Source: an uncultured bacterium
Lineage (GTDB): Bacteria > Verrucomicrobiota > Kiritimatiellia > CAIKKV01 > CAITUY01
DNA: 33,984 nt
Reading direction: 5' to 3'
Assembly: GCA_903934155.1 (NCBI GenBank)
Contig: CAIZMS010000144.1
Coordinates: 1 to 33,984 of the forward strand
In this document: one piece after another, positions 32,002 through 33,984 of the stretch
Numbering within the stretch: the stretch's first letter is position 1
How the letters are laid out: the number at the start of each line of letters is the position of its first letter
Translations under genes and position numbers: made by a program
Notes under the pieces: generated by a model
The model's database searches: none
What the model was told of the DNA's origin: nothing
Seen by the model: the letters and a program-made list of their open reading frames with translations, nothing else

Positions 32002-33305
32002 GAAGGATTTATTTATTAAACGTGGCGTTGTGTGGCCTGGCAGCGGCGGGCAACTGTGCCGATGCCACCACCTATCAGCAGTTCAACGTCGAGGATAAGG
32101 TTGCCGTCATCGAGCGGGTCTCCTTGCCGAAGCCCCCCCTGTGGGCGCGGGACGTTTCGCAGTCCCGGCATGAGTGGGGCAAGGCTGGCGTCCAAGGCAA
32201 GCCAGTGTTCGAGGCGGTGATCCCGTTTGTGGTGCCGCCTGCCAAGGATTCCGGAGAGCCTTTCTACAAGCATAATCACTGCCCGAGCATCGCCTGGCTC
32301 CCCAACGGTGATTTGCTGGCCTGCTGGTTCTCGACGGAGGGGGAGGCGGGGACGGAGATGACGATCCTTGCCAGCCGGAAGCGAGCCGGGGCACGGGAGT
32401 GGGATCCTGCATCGGAATTCTTTAAGGCCAGGAACCGGAATATGACCGGATCCTCGCTGTTTCATGACGGCGCCGGGACGCTCTTCCACTTCAACGGGAT
32501 CGGACGGGAAGGGATCCCGGGCTGGGACCGTCTGGTGCTGATGTTGAGGACCAGCCGGGACAACGGGGTCACCTGGACGACGCCACGAGCCATCTCTCGG
32601 GACGGGGTGTACACCACCCGAAACCAGGCCATATCGGGAACGGTCATGACCCGCGGCGGGATCCTGATCCAGCCCTGTGACGCCACCCCGTGGGGTGAGG
32701 GGCCCTCGGCCCTGCATATCAGCCGTGACCAGGGCCTGACCTGGGTAGATGCGGGCGGCGACATCCGGGGTATCCATGCCGGGGTGGCGGAGTTGACTGA
32801 TGGTCGGCTGATGGCGTTCGGGCGCGCCCAGGCCCTTGATGACCATATGCCGATCAGTCTTTCCCGTGACCTGGGCAAGACCTGGACCTACAAGGCGAGT
32901 CCGTTCAATCCGATCGGGAGCGGGCAGCGGCTCGTCTTCATGCGGTTGGCCGAAGGGCCGTTGTTGCTTGTGTCGTTCACCGACGCTTTCTGGAAGGTGG
33001 AGAAGGCCCAACGTAAAGGACTGGCCTTTACGCGCGCCGACGGCCGATCGTTCATCGGTCACGGGTTGTTTGCCGCGTTGTCCTTTGATGAGGGGGAGAC
33101 CTGGCCGGTGCGTAAACTCCTGACCCCGGGCGACGGCTCGTACGGGGGGGGGGCATGGACGGGAACATTCACGACCACAGCGGATACCGCCGAACCTGGA
33201 GGCTATCTGGCCGCCACGCAGACACCGGACGGTGTTATCCAATTGATTTCCAGCCGCCTACATTACCGTTTCAATTCCATCTGGCTCAAAACGCCCGGAG
33301 AATAA
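31998..33305 (+). CDS. BNR/Asp-box repeat beta-propeller protein (sialidase-like glycoside hydrolase), secreted
   Basis: ATG 31998 overlaps the previous stop (ATGA). The N-terminus is signal-like (MRRIYLLNVALCGLAAAGNCADA). There are four Asp-boxes (SxDxGxTW): SRDNGVTW, SRDQGLTW, SRDLGKTW and SFDEGETW. Confidence 0.85.
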   Translation: MRRIYLLNVALCGLAAAGNCADATTYQQFNVEDKVAVIERVSLPKPPLWARDVSQSRHEWGKAGVQGKPVFEAVIPFVVPPAKDSGEPFYKHNHCPSIAWLPNGDLLACWFSTEGEAGTEMTILASRKRAGAREWDPASEFFKARNRNMTGSSLFHDGAGTLFHFNGIGREGIPGWDRLVLMLRTSRDNGVTWTTPRAISRDGVYTTRNQAISGTVMTRGGILIQPCDATPWGEGPSALHISRDQGLTWVDAGGDIRGIHAGVAELTDGRLMAFGRAQALDDHMPISLSRDLGKTWTYKASPFNPIGSGQRLVFMRLAEGPLLLVSFTDAFWKVEKAQRKGLAFTRADGRSFIGHGLFAALSFDEGETWPVRKLLTPGDGSYGGGAWTGTFTTTADTAEPGGYLAATQTPDGVIQLISSRLHYRFNSIWLKTPGE

Positions 33306-33328
33306 ATAGATTTGTCACCGGTCGCTGA

Positions 33329-33823
33329 ATGCCACATCACTGTATCTCAATTTTGAGCCTTTTTGGCCAGCAGCAAGGCGAGTCATGCCGGGTAATGCGT
33401 AATTTTGGAATAAAACAGTACTGGGCGGGCGTGAGCATCTTGGATTACCTGGCGTATGACCAGGTGTGGTTCGACGCTAACCTCAAGGCGATTGAGACGT
33501 TTCCTGATGCCATGTTCCTGCCCGGGTTCTGGGCCGAGTATGGGATGTGTACGGAGCCTTCCGCGTTTGGTGCCCGATGCATGTTCCCGGAGAATGAGTT
33601 CCCCTTTGCCCATGCAATCTTTCGACAGGTGGAGGATGTGGATTACGTGGTAGAGCCCAATCCGGCCACAGACGGGCTCTTGCCTTTAGTGCTCAAGCGG
33701 TTGAAATGGGCGGAACCCCGCATGAAGGAGAAGGGGCATACCATCCGGTTCTCCGTTTCGCGTGGGCCGTTGAATATCGCGACCTCCAGCCATGTATTGT
33801 TTATTTCCAGAAAGTTCCTATAG
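33329..33823 (+). pseudogene. Truncated remnant of a second, divergent URO-D/MtaA-like gene (N- and C-terminal parts missing)
   Basis: The open frame is 164 aa. Recognisable similarity runs from about MRNFGIKQYW (33395) to GPLNIATS (about 33787): FLPGFWAEYGMCTEPSAFGARCMFPENEFP and DGLLPLVLKRLKWAEPRMKEKGHTIRFSVSRGPLNIAT correspond to the N-terminal half of URO-D-family proteins. The frame then runs into low-GC unrelated sequence and stops (SHVLFISRKFL*). There is no RBS, and the usual N-terminal ~30 aa and C-terminal ~190 aa are absent. Confidence 0.5.
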
Positions 33824-33879
33824 TCTGCGCGTGTAGTTTCAAACAGGCTCGGTCGCGCGAGCATGGGGAGGACATAATC

Positions 33880-33984
33880 ATGGGCGGCTTCTTTGGTGTG
33901 GTGTCTAAGGCGGATTGCGTCAACGACTTGTTCTACGGGACTGATTATCACTCCCATCTCGGGACCCGGCGGGGCGGGCTGGCA
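33880..33984 (+). CDS. 5' end of a class-II glutamine amidotransferase / amidophosphoribosyltransferase-like gene (partial)
   Basis: ATG 33880 follows GGGGAGGA (33865-33872). The N-terminus MGGFFGVVSKADCVNDLFYGTDYHSHLGTRRGGLA matches my recollection of the amidophosphoribosyltransferase-like family that starts MGGFFG. The gene runs off the window. Confidence 0.55.
   Translation, partial: MGGFFGVVSKADCVNDLFYGTDYHSHLGTRRGGLA

Overview
All supported genes in this 34-kb, GC-rich window lie on the + strand, mostly separated by 0-40 nt or by ATGA stop/start overlaps. The content looks like a polysaccharide-utilisation-type locus from a PVC-superphylum-like bacterium (Verrucomicrobiota, Kiritimatiellota or Lentisphaerota). 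That taxonomic guess is inference from protein architectures only.

Gene content, in order:
- A secreted glycoside-hydrolase-like protein with a discoidin domain, then a GH97-like enzyme.
- A roughly 1,960-aa surface protein with autotransporter-associated beta-strand repeats.
- A small membrane protein, a periplasmic protein made of two tandem secretin-N0/STN-like modules, a histidine kinase and an OmpR-type response regulator.
- A GH31-like enzyme.
- A three-gene stator-like module: a zinc-ribbon MotA/ExbB-family protein plus two paralogous ExbD/TolR-like proteins with long coiled coils.
- A 720-aa lipoprotein of unknown family and a GH28-like enzyme.
- A zinc-dependent alcohol dehydrogenase, an aldo-keto reductase and a sodium:solute symporter.
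- A URO-D-family protein, a LamG-domain protein and a BNR/Asp-box sialidase-like protein.
- A truncated second URO-D-family gene, then the start of an amidotransferase-like gene.

The main candidate for something undescribed is the stator-like module at 17328-20602. It is packed between glycoside hydrolase genes, and the window holds no TonB/TolA, peptidoglycan-binding, flagellar, T9SS or Zorya effector partners.

Other points worth a second look:
- A perfect 12-bp palindrome, TTGTTATAACAA, present in two intergenic regions.
- Three TTTTTAC boxes phased at 11 bp upstream of the STN-kinase-regulator operon.
- A tandem duplication of a gene junction that includes the RBS and start codon.
- The unexplained C-terminal module of the giant protein.

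I found no rRNA, tRNA, CRISPR array or transposase. All family assignments rest on motifs read by eye. No database or HMM search was run.
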